DNA of 64,000 nt, from positions 90,796 to 154,795 of the forward strand of contig CBDFFW010000001.1 in assembly GCA_965246945.1 (NCBI GenBank), written 5' to 3'. How positions within the stretch are numbered: position 1 is the first letter of the stretch; each line of letters starts with the position of its first letter. Shown piece by piece: positions 27,893-37,658 of this stretch. The translations under genes and the position numbers were made by a program. This stretch comes from Alphaproteobacteria bacterium (GTDB taxonomy: Bacteria; Pseudomonadota; Alphaproteobacteria; UBA11073). Under the pieces are notes generated by a model. It had not been told where the DNA came from, made no database searches, and was given only the letters and a program-made list of their open reading frames with translations.

Positions 27893-28032
27893 GTTACTTG
27901 TCCGCCACAGAAATAAGGGTTTTGCTCGCACATCACATAGTTTTGCACGATTCGCGATGTAAGTATTTGTCAGTAAGTTGCAAATCGAGTATAGTCTTTT
28001 AAAGGTCGGGTGGCAGCAAGTCGCAGGGCCAA

Positions 28033-29514
28033 TTGTCAGGGTTTTCAGATATGTCTAATAATTCTCGCGCTAAAGCAGCGCCCAAAAAAAAAGTGAGTCA
28101 ATCCCGTGCTGCGGCCAAACCCGTCAGCGCCAAATCAGTTAGTAAGGCGACCGCTAAAAAACCCGTTGCCAAAGCACCGGTTAAAACAGCGAACCAGAAG
28201 TCAGTAAAAGCTGTCGCCAAACCAGTTGCCGCCAAAAAAGCCACCGCTAAAACGGTTGCTAAACAAATCGCTAAAAAACCAGCAGTTGTTTCTAAAAAAG
28301 CGCCCGTTAAAATGGTCGCTAAGCCTATTGCGAAAAAGTCAGCGCCAGCGAAGATTGCAGCCAAAAAAACTGTTGCACCCACCAAAACAGTTAGTAAAAC
28401 AACAGTTAAGCCCGTGGCCAAAACCAATAGCAAAATGCCGGCAAAACCGGCTAATGCAGCAAAATCCTCAACCAAAGCAGCCGTTAAGCCAGCCAGCAAA
28501 ACGCCTGTGAAGACAGTGGCAAAAGCGCCAGTAAAAGCAATTACCAAGGCACCCGCCAAAGCTGTGGCCAAAGCACCCGTAAAACCGGTAACCAAACCCG
28601 TATCAAAAAAAGCAACGGCGAAGCCAGTTAATACGCCAACCAAAACGGCAGCCAAACCCGCGTCAGTTAAACTAGCTGCTCAAGCAACACCAGTGGTGGC
28701 CAATAACAATCAACCAGTGATTGAAAAAGCAGCCGCACCCGCTAAGCCGAAAGCAACCAGCAAAAGCAAAGCGGCGGCACTGAAACTCAGCACTAAAGAA
28801 AAACGCACGCTCGTGCGAATTGCCAATGCCAATGTCACAGCCGTGGCCGATAGCAGCACGCGCACCATGATGTCGGCCGTGCAAATGGCATTGCAAGCCA
28901 CACTAAACCGTATTTCCGCCAATGCGCCGGCAGCAGCCAATGACGATGCACAAAATGCGAAAACAGCCGCCAAAGCTGCGGCCGAGCCCGCCGATATCAA
29001 ATCACCTTTCAAAATGGGCGATATGGTGGTTTACCCTGCCCACGGCGTTGGTAAAATTGAAGCGGTTGAGATCCAAAAAATTGGCGAACAAGAATTACGC
29101 CTGTTCAAAATTCATTTTGAACATGAACGCATGACCCTGCGCGTGCCGGTCATGCGCGCCACCGGTTCCGGTTTGCGCAAATTGGCATCGGGCGAATTGC
29201 TGGATAAAGCGTTTGAAACCATGCGCGGCCGCCCGCGTATCCGCCGCGTGATGTGGAGCCGCCGCGCCCAGGAATATGAAGCCAAAATTAATTCCGGTGA
29301 TCCGATTTCGATTGCGGAAGTATTGCGCGATTTGCGCCGTAATGCGGAGCAAGGCGAACAGTCTTACAGCGAACGCCAAATTTTCCAATCGGCCTTGGAA
29401 CGTTTTGCACGCGAACTCGCCGCCATTGAAAAAATCGCCCAAGATGAAGCGGTTAAAAAATTAGAAAGCCTATTAATTCGCGCCGCACAAAGCGGCAACA
29501 GCTCGGCTGCCTAA
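28033..29514 (+). CDS. CdnL/CarD-family RNA-polymerase-binding regulator fused to a ~320-aa N-terminal histone-H1-like Lys/Ala/Pro-rich repeat tail
   Basis: One continuous 493-aa ORF. Residues 1 to about 320 are AKKPVAKAPVK-type degenerate repeats. The last ~166 aa, from MGDMVVYPAHGVGKIEAVEIQKIGEQELRLFKIHF at nt 29017, are a canonical CarD_CdnL N-domain plus the CdnL C-domain. No SD-like sequence precedes the internal Met. Confidence 0.65.
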   Translation: MSGFSDMSNNSRAKAAPKKKVSQSRAAAKPVSAKSVSKATAKKPVAKAPVKTANQKSVKAVAKPVAAKKATAKTVAKQIAKKPAVVSKKAPVKMVAKPIAKKSAPAKIAAKKTVAPTKTVSKTTVKPVAKTNSKMPAKPANAAKSSTKAAVKPASKTPVKTVAKAPVKAITKAPAKAVAKAPVKPVTKPVSKKATAKPVNTPTKTAAKPASVKLAAQATPVVANNNQPVIEKAAAPAKPKATSKSKAAALKLSTKEKRTLVRIANANVTAVADSSTRTMMSAVQMALQATLNRISANAPAAANDDAQNAKTAAKAAAEPADIKSPFKMGDMVVYPAHGVGKIEAVEIQKIGEQELRLFKIHFEHERMTLRVPVMRATGSGLRKLASGELLDKAFETMRGRPRIRRVMWSRRAQEYEAKINSGDPISIAEVLRDLRRNAEQGEQSYSERQIFQSALERFARELAAIEKIAQDEAVKKLESLLIRAAQSGNSSAA

Positions 29515-29525
29515 TTTTTATTAAA

Positions 29526-29594
29526 ATCCCTTCGCACAAAGGGACTTAATTTATTTAGCAAAGTGAAAACCTCAATTTTGGTTGAGGTTTTTTT
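29526..29594. terminator. Tandem hairpins between the convergent cdnL-like and gltX genes; a likely bidirectional terminator
   Basis: Hairpin 1 is tccctt-cgcaca-aaggga (29526-29545). Hairpin 2 is aaaacctcaa-tttgg-ttgaggtttt followed by a T-run (29566-29594). Confidence 0.6.
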
Positions 29595-30982
29595 CAATTT
29601 AAATTATTTAGCCTTCTTGTAATTTCTTCATATCCCAATAACGCACACAAAGCACCGATATCAGGTGCTTGGGTTGTGCCGGTTAGCGCTGCACGTAAAG
29701 GCATGCCGATATTTTTAAATGGGATATTATTTTCTTTGGCATGCGTTTGTAAAGCAGTTTGAATTTTTGTTGCTTCAAAAAGTTGTACGTTTTCCAATAC
29801 TGGCAAAAGATTTTGCAACACTTGTTTGGCTTCCGTGGTTAAGGCTTTTTGCGCATCAGCATCATAAATTAGCGGGGCTAGTAAAAAACCTAAAGCTTGC
29901 GCGAGTTCTATCAATGTTTTCACGCGTGGTTGGTATAATGCAATCGCTTGCTGAATTTTGCCTGCTTTTTCTGCATAAGCGCTTTGCTGCTCAGCAGGAA
30001 TGAACGGTTTTACCAATTCATATAAATCCGCCGCGCTGCGTTGCTGAATATAATGGGCATTCAAATTTAACAATTTTACGCGGTCAAAGCGGGATGGGGA
30101 TTTGCCGACGCCATCCAGCGTAAACCACTCAATCGCTTGCTCAATTGAAATGGTTTCGGCATCGCCATGCCCCCATCCGAGGCGCAGCAGGTAATTACGC
30201 ATGGCTTCCGGCAGAAAGCCTTCATCTTTATATTGATCAACCGCCACCGCACCATGGCGTTTCGACAATTTGCCGCCGCTTTCGCCATGGATCATCGGGA
30301 TATGTGCAAAGATTGGAATGCTCCAACCACAAGCTTGATACAGTTGAATTTGCCTAAAGGTATTGGTGAAATGGTCATCGCCGCGGATTACATGTGTCAC
30401 TGCCATATCATAGTCATCCACTACCACGGCCAGCATATAGGTCGGCGTGCCATCGCCGCGTAGGATAATCATATCATCCAGCTGGCTATTGGGCACGGTC
30501 ACCGTGCCTTGCACTTGGTCATCAACCGTGGTTTCACCGCTGGTTTCCGCGCGCAGGCGAATGGCGGGTTTGATGCTGGGATCGGCGTCAAACGGTTTGC
30601 CATGGCGGCAGCGGCCGTCATAACGGGGCTGTTCACCGGCGGCCATAGCGGCTTCGCGCTTGGCGGTTAATTCTTCAGACGTGCAGTAACAATAATACGC
30701 TTTATCCTGCGCCAATAAATCATGGGCCACGGCCGCATGGCGCGGGGCGCGACTGAACTGATAAATCTCCTCGCCATCCCAATCCAGTTTCAACCAGCGC
30801 ATACTATTAAGAATGGTTTGAATGGCGGCTTCGGTCGAACGCACGCGGTCGGTATCTTCAATTCTAAGCAAAAATTTTCCGCCTTGATGCTTGGTAAACA
30901 GCCAATTGAATAAGGCAGTCCGCGCGCTACCAATATGGAGCATGCCAGTGGGTGACGGCGCAAAACGGGTAACAACAGACAT
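29594..30982 (-). CDS. gltX: Glutamyl-tRNA synthetase
   Basis: 462 aa. HIGS motif (PSPTGMLHIGSARTALFNWLF) and KLSKR-type motif (GGKLSKRHGA). Confidence 0.9.
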   Translation of the reverse strand: MSVVTRFAPSPTGMLHIGSARTALFNWLFTKHQGGKFLLRIEDTDRVRSTEAAIQTILNSMRWLKLDWDGEEIYQFSRAPRHAAVAHDLLAQDKAYYCYCTSEELTAKREAAMAAGEQPRYDGRCRHGKPFDADPSIKPAIRLRAETSGETTVDDQVQGTVTVPNSQLDDMIILRGDGTPTYMLAVVVDDYDMAVTHVIRGDDHFTNTFRQIQLYQACGWSIPIFAHIPMIHGESGGKLSKRHGAVAVDQYKDEGFLPEAMRNYLLRLGWGHGDAETISIEQAIEWFTLDGVGKSPSRFDRVKLLNLNAHYIQQRSAADLYELVKPFIPAEQQSAYAEKAGKIQQAIALYQPRVKTLIELAQALGFLLAPLIYDADAQKALTTEAKQVLQNLLPVLENVQLFEATKIQTALQTHAKENNIPFKNIGMPLRAALTGTTQAPDIGALCALLGYEEITRRLNNLN

Positions 30983-31026
30983 ACCGGCTAGCTATAGCTT
31001 AAACCAGGCCTGCACTGCTATTTCTT

Positions 31027-31449
31027 TCAAGCAGCTGAAAGCAGCAGATCATTCACCAGCAAAATTTTCTCCGGTGTTTGTGATGAATGGTGGTGGATGA
31101 TTTTCCATATGCCATCGCCGTCATTCAATAATGAGAACGAAAAACGGGCATGCACGTGGCTGCCTTCATTTGCGCTAAAAAATTCATAATCACCCGATAA
31201 AATAACAATATTGCCGCAAGTCAATTTATGCGGCAGGCCATCGCTAAACTGCACCTGAATACCGCGGTCTAATAATGATTTAAAATAGGTTGCGCGGGCT
31301 TGCTGGTTTTCCAGAAACGCCCCCACCATGGTCGGCACCAGCATGGCATGTTCAGCATACAGTGACAGCACGGCCGGAATATCGCCGCGATTTAAGGCGG
31401 CCGCCCAATTTTGCAAGACAGCGCCATACGGATTTTGCCAATCTTTCAT
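31027..31449 (-). CDS. NTF2-like / SnoaL-like (DUF4440-like) small protein; the start is uncertain
   Basis: The ORF is open to 31563. The domain-sized product (~140 aa) begins at MKDWQNPYGAVLQNWAAALNRGD. The fold assignment is tentative. Confidence 0.45.
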   Translation of the reverse strand: MKDWQNPYGAVLQNWAAALNRGDIPAVLSLYAEHAMLVPTMVGAFLENQQARATYFKSLLDRGIQVQFSDGLPHKLTCGNIVILSGDYEFFSANEGSHVHARFSFSLLNDGDGIWKIIHHHSSQTPEKILLVNDLLLSAA

Positions 31450-31569
31450 GAAAATAAACATGCAAGCATCTCGGTTTCCTGTCAATTCCCGCTTGTTTTT
31501 CAAAGCGATGCATGGTGTGTGGAACATGTGGTTACAGCGGTTGGCGCTTATTTGCACAAGCAATTACAA

Positions 31570-33609
31570 ATGGAACGCACGCGGTGGTTCTATTGGTGGC
31601 CGGTGGGTTTTGGCACTGGCATTGCCATTTATTTTGTCCTGCCGGCTGAGCCGGTTTGGTGGTTAAGCGTAACTGTATTTTGCGGCGTGATTTTGCTAAC
31701 CATGCTGCGCTGGCAGCAAGATGATTGGCGGGCTATGGGTCTAGGTGCGCTCGCGCTCACTCTCGGGTTTGTGGTTGCGCAAACCCAAACCACTTTGAAC
31801 CGGCATCCCATTTTAATGCAGGAAGTGGGGCCGATTTCTATTCAGGGTCGGGTGATTGATATTGATGAACGGCCAAAAGATGCTGTGCGCTTAACGCTCG
31901 ACCAGGTAAATTTATGGCGTAATCCAATCAAGCTGTATCAAGTGCGAATTAATGTCCGCAAATTTCAGAATCATATTGGCCCAGGTGATATTGTGCGGGT
32001 GAAAGCGGTGCTGCGGCCGCTGACCGAACCAGCCTATCCTGGCAGTTATGATTTTACGTTGTTTCAATATTTCCAAGGGTTGAGTGCCACGGGTTTTAGC
32101 TATGGCAACCCGCGCGTCATTAAACCGGCCACACCGAATGATTGGCATAATCGTTTGGAAGTTTGGCGGCAAAGAATTGCCACCCATATCCATCAGCATT
32201 TCACCAATAATACCGATGCTGCAACGCGCAGTATTTTAGTGGCGCTGATGACGGGCGAACAAAACAGCGTACCCGCCGAAACCACTGAAGATTTGAAAGC
32301 CGCTGGTATTTACCATATCGTTTCCATTTCGGGGTTGCATATCAGCTTTGTCGCCGCGCTCGCATTTGTCATTTTACGGCGGCTATTGGCGCTTATTCCA
32401 TTTCTGGCGCTGCGCTTACCGCTTAAAAAAATTGCAGCTGTATGTGCGTTGTTAATTGTGGCGGCATATACCGCTTTGGTGGGCGCGCCGGTGCCGACCC
32501 AGCGGTCGGCATTGATGTTGGGGCTGGCCATCATCGGTATTTTATGCGACCGCGGGCATGGCGTATTGCGGCCAGTGGCTTGGGCGGCCATGATCATTTT
32601 ATTTATTGAACCGGTGGCAGTGTTGAATGTGGGCGTGCAACTTTCATTTGCCGCGGTAACGGGGTTATTGGTGTTTTACGAAAGCATTCAACAGCCATTA
32701 AAGCTATGGTGGGCCACGCGCCCATGGTGGCAGCGCTGGGCCGAAGGGATCTTTTTTGCCTTGTGCAGTTCATTGGTCGCCACCTTGGTGACGCTGCCAA
32801 TCATGGCGTATTATTTTCATGACCTTGAAGTTTATGGTCTGCTCACCAATATTCTGGCGCTGCCATTGACCGATTTTTGGATCATGAGCAGCATTTGTTT
32901 AAGTTATGTGCTCATGCCTTTTGGTCTTGATGGCTGGTGTTTGGATTTGGCCGCAGATGGCACGCATTTGTTGCTATGGCTGGCCCATTTTATGGCCGGC
33001 CTGCCGCAAGCCAGCCTGGCATTACCCAATCTGCCGGCTTTAAGTTTACCCTTATTTGGAGCCGGTTTAGTTTGGTTGCTGTTATGGCAACAAGCATGGC
33101 GCTGGTGGGGCCTATTATGTATTGGCCTTGGTTTCAGCTTATTCATAGTCACGCCACTTCCCCATCTATTGATCGCCCAGAATGGGCAAATTGCTGTATT
33201 GAAATTAAGCAATGGCACCTATATCCGGCTAAGCCGTGCGCGGGAAAGTTATTACACCGAAAGCTGGGCTGCTTATCTCAACCAACGAGAAATTCCGGTG
33301 TGGCAGAATGCACAAACCGATGCGTGGCTGCAATGCGATGACAATGGCATCTGCCAATATGCGCCAACTGGGTTAAAACCAGTTACCTTGGCATTACGTA
33401 AAGATTTCACCGACGGTATATGTCCAACAGCGGATATATTGCTGCAATTAAGAACAGCTGTTCCATGTCCATTGGCCGATAGTATCACCGCCAATGATTT
33501 ATTGCGCAGCGGCACGCAAAGCTGGTTTGCGGCGGGCCCGCAATGGCAGGTGCAAACGGTGGCCAACACCCGCGCCATGCGGCCATGGTTTAGCAATCAA
33601 CCGGAATAA
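31570..33609 (+). CDS. comEC: ComEC/Rec2 family competence DNA-uptake channel protein
   Basis: Polytopic membrane protein with the ComEC competence domain pattern (GIYHIVSISGLHISFVAAL ... ). I chose the start at MERTRWFYWWPVGFG. The tracked ORF begins at 31411 and would overlap the opposite-strand gene. Confidence 0.75.
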   Translation: MERTRWFYWWPVGFGTGIAIYFVLPAEPVWWLSVTVFCGVILLTMLRWQQDDWRAMGLGALALTLGFVVAQTQTTLNRHPILMQEVGPISIQGRVIDIDERPKDAVRLTLDQVNLWRNPIKLYQVRINVRKFQNHIGPGDIVRVKAVLRPLTEPAYPGSYDFTLFQYFQGLSATGFSYGNPRVIKPATPNDWHNRLEVWRQRIATHIHQHFTNNTDAATRSILVALMTGEQNSVPAETTEDLKAAGIYHIVSISGLHISFVAALAFVILRRLLALIPFLALRLPLKKIAAVCALLIVAAYTALVGAPVPTQRSALMLGLAIIGILCDRGHGVLRPVAWAAMIILFIEPVAVLNVGVQLSFAAVTGLLVFYESIQQPLKLWWATRPWWQRWAEGIFFALCSSLVATLVTLPIMAYYFHDLEVYGLLTNILALPLTDFWIMSSICLSYVLMPFGLDGWCLDLAADGTHLLLWLAHFMAGLPQASLALPNLPALSLPLFGAGLVWLLLWQQAWRWWGLLCIGLGFSLFIVTPLPHLLIAQNGQIAVLKLSNGTYIRLSRARESYYTESWAAYLNQREIPVWQNAQTDAWLQCDDNGICQYAPTGLKPVTLALRKDFTDGICPTADILLQLRTAVPCPLADSITANDLLRSGTQSWFAAGPQWQVQTVANTRAMRPWFSNQPE

Positions 33610-33796
33610 ATTTACTGAATATATTAGATAATTCTATTTTCTAAAATACATGTGGCCCATTTCAAAATTTTTAATCCTGTTTAGTAAAAAGCCTTGACCA
33701 AACATACATACCCTAGCTTAAAATCACATAAGCATATTAATTACAGTGAATAGTTAATGTTACTAAAAGCAATTATTATAAAAATTAAAAAGTTTA

Positions 33797-34240
33797 TTAT
33801 TTATTATCAAATTTTATAGCTTTCCGAGCTAGTTCATCACAGCGCTCATTTTCAAGATGCCCATTATGGCCGCGCACCCAATGCCAGGTAATTTGATGCG
33901 GCGCAGCGGCGGTGAGCAAAGCCTGCCATAATTCTTTATTCGCGACCGGTTTTTTATCGGCTGTTAGCCAGCCGCGTTTTTGCCAGTTATGCACCCATTC
34001 AGTAATTCCTTTGCGCACATATTCGCTGTCGGTATATAAATCGACCTGACAGGTGCTTTTGAGAGCTTTCAGCGCTTCGATGGCCGCTGTTAACTCCATT
34101 TTATTATTAGTTGTGGGATTTTCCCCACCCGATGATTCTTTTTCTACCCCATTACAGCGCAAAATTGCCCCCCAACCGCCAGGCCCCGGATTGCCAGAAC
34201 AGGCGCCATCAGTATAAATCTCCACATATTTCATGCGCAA
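33797..34240 (-). CDS. rnhA: Ribonuclease HI
   Basis: 147 aa. [17 protein letters not shown] ... TDSEYV ... are RNase H catalytic motifs. Confidence 0.9.
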   Translation of the reverse strand: MRMKYVEIYTDGACSGNPGPGGWGAILRCNGVEKESSGGENPTTNNKMELTAAIEALKALKSTCQVDLYTDSEYVRKGITEWVHNWQKRGWLTADKKPVANKELWQALLTAAAPHQITWHWVRGHNGHLENERCDELARKAIKFDNK

Positions 34241-35917
34241 TTAGCGGATGATCGGTTTGTATTTCACGCGTTTCGGCTGCGTGTCTTCACCATAGCGGCG
34301 TTTGCGATCAGCTTCGTAATCCTGGTAATTGCCTTCAAACCATTCGACATGGCTGTCCCCTTCAAAAGCCAGAATATGCGTGGCGATGCGATCGAGGAAC
34401 CAGCGGTCATGGGAAATAACGACGACACAACCTGGAAAGCCCATTAACGCATCTTCGAGCGCGCGCAAAGTTTCGATATCCAAATCATTTGTTGGCTCAT
34501 CTAACAATAATACATTCGATTCGGATTTTAACATTTTGGCCAGATGCACGCGGTTGCGCTCCCCGCCCGAAAGTGAACCCACTTTTTTCTGCTGGTCGGT
34601 ACCTTTGAAATTAAAGCTGGCGGCATAGGCACGCGACAGCATGGTTTTTTTGCCTAAGTCGATCATCTCCTGCCCATCGGAAATTTCTTCCCAGACATTT
34701 TTATTGGGATCAAGCGTATCGCGCGACTGATCGACGAAGCCGAGTTTGACGCTTTCACCTACGCTGATGCTGCCGGTATCCGGCACTTCGCCTTTGGTAA
34801 TCATGCGGAACAAAGTCGATTTACCGGCGCCGTTCGGGCCAATGACACCGACAATGCCACCGCGCGGCAGGCGGAACGTTAAATCTTCAATCAGCATGCG
34901 GTCGCCAAACCCTTTGGTTAGGTTTTTGGTTTCGATCACGTTTTCGCCCAAGCGCGGTGGGGCTGGGATGATAATTTGTGCAGTACCTGGGGCTTGGTCC
35001 TGACTGGCTTCCAGCAATTGCTCGTAACGCGAAATCCGCGCTTGTGATTTGGTGCGGCGACCAGCCGGGGTTTGTCCCATCCATTCTTTTTCGCGGGCTA
35101 GGACCCGCGCGCGGCCCTCCTCATCGCTTTTTTCCTGCTGCATGCGTTTGGCTTTGGCATCGATATAGGAGCTGTAATTGCCTTCCGACGGAATACAGCG
35201 GCCGCGATCCATCTCCAAAATCCAGCCCGTGACATTATCCAGGAAGTAACGATCATGCGTAATCATCACCACGCAGCCAGGATAGTTTTTCAGTGTAGTT
35301 TCAAGCCACGCGACGCTGTCCGCATCCAAATGGTTAGTCGGCTCATCGAGTAATAACAAATCAGCGCCACGTAAAAGTTCACGCGCCAGTGCGACGCGGC
35401 GGCGTTCACCGCCCGATAGTTTGGTCACATCGGCATCATTGGGCGGGCAGCGCAGCGCGTCCGCCGCAATTTCGACTTTGCGTTCGAGATCCCAGGCATC
35501 GGCGACATCAATCAATTCCTGCAATTCGCCTTGGCGCGTGATGAGCGCGGTCATTTCATCGTCGCTCATCTCCTCACCAAATTTGTTGGAGATTTCGTTG
35601 AATTCATCCACCATCGCTTTGAGCGGGCCGAGGCCATCGAGAATATTTTCAACGACGTTTTTATTCGGATCTAAATGCGGTTCCTGTTTCAGGTAGGCAA
35701 CTGTCGCGCCATCAGCCAGTTTCGCCTCACCGGTATACTCTTTATCCACCCCCGCCATGATTTTCATGAGCGTGGATTTACCCGCACCATTCACGCCGAG
35801 CACGCCAATCTTAGCATCCGGCAAGAACGACAGCGTGACATTATTCAGCACCGGCTTGCTGTTACCATAAGCACGGGTGACCTGATATAGGGTGTAAACG
35901 TATTGGAAAGAGGCCAT
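34241..35917 (-). CDS. ettA: Energy-dependent translational throttle protein EttA (ABC-F ATPase)
   Basis: 558 aa. Two ABC cassettes (GVLGVNGAGKST ... LSGGERRRVALA ... ; GVIGPNGAGKST ... LSGGERNRVHLA). The EttA-type N-terminus is MASFQYVYTLYQVTRAYGN. Confidence 0.9.
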   Translation of the reverse strand: MASFQYVYTLYQVTRAYGNSKPVLNNVTLSFLPDAKIGVLGVNGAGKSTLMKIMAGVDKEYTGEAKLADGATVAYLKQEPHLDPNKNVVENILDGLGPLKAMVDEFNEISNKFGEEMSDDEMTALITRQGELQELIDVADAWDLERKVEIAADALRCPPNDADVTKLSGGERRRVALARELLRGADLLLLDEPTNHLDADSVAWLETTLKNYPGCVVMITHDRYFLDNVTGWILEMDRGRCIPSEGNYSSYIDAKAKRMQQEKSDEEGRARVLAREKEWMGQTPAGRRTKSQARISRYEQLLEASQDQAPGTAQIIIPAPPRLGENVIETKNLTKGFGDRMLIEDLTFRLPRGGIVGVIGPNGAGKSTLFRMITKGEVPDTGSISVGESVKLGFVDQSRDTLDPNKNVWEEISDGQEMIDLGKKTMLSRAYAASFNFKGTDQQKKVGSLSGGERNRVHLAKMLKSESNVLLLDEPTNDLDIETLRALEDALMGFPGCVVVISHDRWFLDRIATHILAFEGDSHVEWFEGNYQDYEADRKRRYGEDTQPKRVKYKPIIR

Positions 35918-36042
35918 GAGATTTCTATTCGATTAAGGCCAAAGCAGAGATGAATTCAAGTATTATGAATATCAACTGAAGGGAAAGTTATTGCTTTCAG
36001 GGAATTATGCATTTAGCACATTACTGATATTCAGGTTATTTT

Positions 36043-36723
36043 ATGAGCAAAAAACATCAAGGACTGTTTAGCCCCAAAGCATTTATTCAACGCGTTAAGC
36101 GGAAGTTTCCTGATGAAGCTTGGGATGATGGTGAATTAACTCCAATTCATGCAGTCGTAGTGGCCAGGTTAATTGCGGAAATAGTGTTTGGTCCTATCGT
36201 GCGGAATGACCACACGCCTTGCTTCCAGCACATGCAGGCGGTTGCAAAAGCAAGTAATTTAACTGAGCAAGCAATTGGTTGGTTACATGATTTATTAGAA
36301 GATTCCATTTGGAAAGTTGACGATCTTTATCAGCTCGGTTTTTCTGAACAGATCATTCAAGGCGTTATCAGAATGACACGTATTGAAAAACCATTAGATG
36401 GAGTAACTGTCAAAGAACCTTATTTTGATTTGATTAAAAGATGCGGAAGTACTGTGCCGACTTGCAATTGCAAAATCAGGGATATCGCCCATAATTCAAT
36501 TCCACGTAAAGGGTATAAAGTTCCGGATGATAAATTTTTGCGCTATCAAGTTTCTATTGCTTATCTAGAAGCAATTAAACGCCAGAAAATTAAACCTGAT
36601 ACACCAGTAATTAATTTTGTAATAACTGATCCCAAATTTAAAAAAAGTGATAAGATAAGAAAATTCGTTCTCAAACATTCGTCACATAATACATCTGGAC
36701 AGTCTGGGGAGGCTACTCCTTAA
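36043..36723 (+). CDS. Small HD-domain protein (possible Mesh1/SpoT-hydrolase-like alarmone hydrolase); AT-rich
   Basis: 226 aa. H...HD...ED pattern (HAVVVARLIAE ... GWLHDLLEDS). The C-terminus has a Cys pair (CNCK). AT-rich codon usage, unlike the neighbouring genes. Confidence 0.45.
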   Translation: MSKKHQGLFSPKAFIQRVKRKFPDEAWDDGELTPIHAVVVARLIAEIVFGPIVRNDHTPCFQHMQAVAKASNLTEQAIGWLHDLLEDSIWKVDDLYQLGFSEQIIQGVIRMTRIEKPLDGVTVKEPYFDLIKRCGSTVPTCNCKIRDIAHNSIPRKGYKVPDDKFLRYQVSIAYLEAIKRQKIKPDTPVINFVITDPKFKKSDKIRKFVLKHSSHNTSGQSGEATP

Positions 36724-36724
36724 T

Positions 36725-37639
36725 TTATTTACACTTCAACCGCGTTAATTCACTTTCAGCCTTGGTCGCAATTGTACCGCTGGCGGTGGGATAGGCTTTG
36801 ACCAATTGTTTGTAGACCACGCAGGCATCTTTCGGGCGATTTTGTGCCGAGAGGGATAGACCTAATTTTAATAAGCTATCCGGCGCTTTTGGGCTTTTGG
36901 GATATTTTTGATAGGCTTCCGCAAAGGCTGTACCCGCGTTTTTATAATCTGCACGTGCGTAATAGCTTTCGCCTAGCCAATACTGGGCATTGCCGGCCAA
37001 ACTGTGTTTGGGATTTTCGGTTAGAAACTGCTGATATAAGCTTTGCGCCTTGGTGTAATCTTTGGCTTGCATGGCTTTATAGGCATCATCATAAAGTTGA
37101 TCGGGTTTGGGTTTATCCTCCCCCAATTTGGCGACCGGTTTAGGCTTTTCGGCGATTGCGGCACTGGTTTGATCTTCATCATTGGTGCTGACCACCAGGC
37201 TGTCATCTTTAGCGGTGGTGAGATTGGCTTGGTTGGTTGCAAGCGTGGCAGCTGCTGTGGTTGAGGCAGCGGCGCCTTTATGTTCTAAAGTTTGCAAGCG
37301 CAAATCATAATCGCTTTTCACTTTTTCCAAATCCGCCTGGGCTTTTTTGGCGGCGAAATTGGCTTGTTCAATCTGGCCGGTCATATCGCGCAATTGCCGT
37401 TCCAGATCCGCCATGCGCAATTCCAAATTACCGGCAGCCGGATCGGCGATGCCCACACCATTGCCGCTATAGGCGCTGGAGCCAATGGTTTGCGGTCCCC
37501 CTTTTTGGCTCATGGTTTGCACCTGGTTTTCCAGCTGCGAAATGCGGTCCATTAAAGCGCGCGTTTCCGGCGATAATTCGGCATGGGCCAAGTTAGCTAT
37601 TAAAAAGATACCGATTAGGCAAAGCCATGAATAACGCAT
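36725..37639 (-). CDS. cpoB: Tol-Pal system protein YbgF/CpoB (coiled-coil plus TPR)
   Basis: 304 aa. Signal peptide, coiled-coil (LENQVQTMSQ...LERQLRDMTGQIEQ) and C-terminal TPR repeats. Located downstream of pal. Confidence 0.75.
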   Translation of the reverse strand: MRYSWLCLIGIFLIANLAHAELSPETRALMDRISQLENQVQTMSQKGGPQTIGSSAYSGNGVGIADPAAGNLELRMADLERQLRDMTGQIEQANFAAKKAQADLEKVKSDYDLRLQTLEHKGAAASTTAAATLATNQANLTTAKDDSLVVSTNDEDQTSAAIAEKPKPVAKLGEDKPKPDQLYDDAYKAMQAKDYTKAQSLYQQFLTENPKHSLAGNAQYWLGESYYARADYKNAGTAFAEAYQKYPKSPKAPDSLLKLGLSLSAQNRPKDACVVYKQLVKAYPTASGTIATKAESELTRLKCK

Positions 37640-37658
37640 GGCTCGAATCTAGCAAATT

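Noticed and set aside
28098-28655. 185-aa minus-strand ORF (Ala/Leu/Thr/Gly-rich) antisense to the Lys/Ala repeat region of the CdnL-fusion gene
   Set aside because: It is the mirror-image translation of a low-complexity GC-rich repeat. There is no start context, and it lies entirely inside a better-supported sense-strand gene.
28033-29010. Possibility that the Lys/Ala-rich tandem repeat tract is a CRISPR array or non-coding satellite
   Set aside because: The repeats are degenerate at the nucleotide level but conserved at the codon/amino-acid level, and they sit in frame with a CdnL domain. There are no spacer/repeat regularity and no cas genes.
31411-31569. N-terminal 53 codons of the tracked ComEC ORF
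   Set aside because: They would overlap the opposite-strand NTF2-like gene. The conserved ComEC N-terminus begins at MERTRWFYWW.
37043-37596. Several plus-strand ORFs (73 to 119 aa) inside ybgF/cpoB
   Set aside because: They are antisense shadow ORFs of a TPR/coiled-coil gene with clear sense-strand signal.
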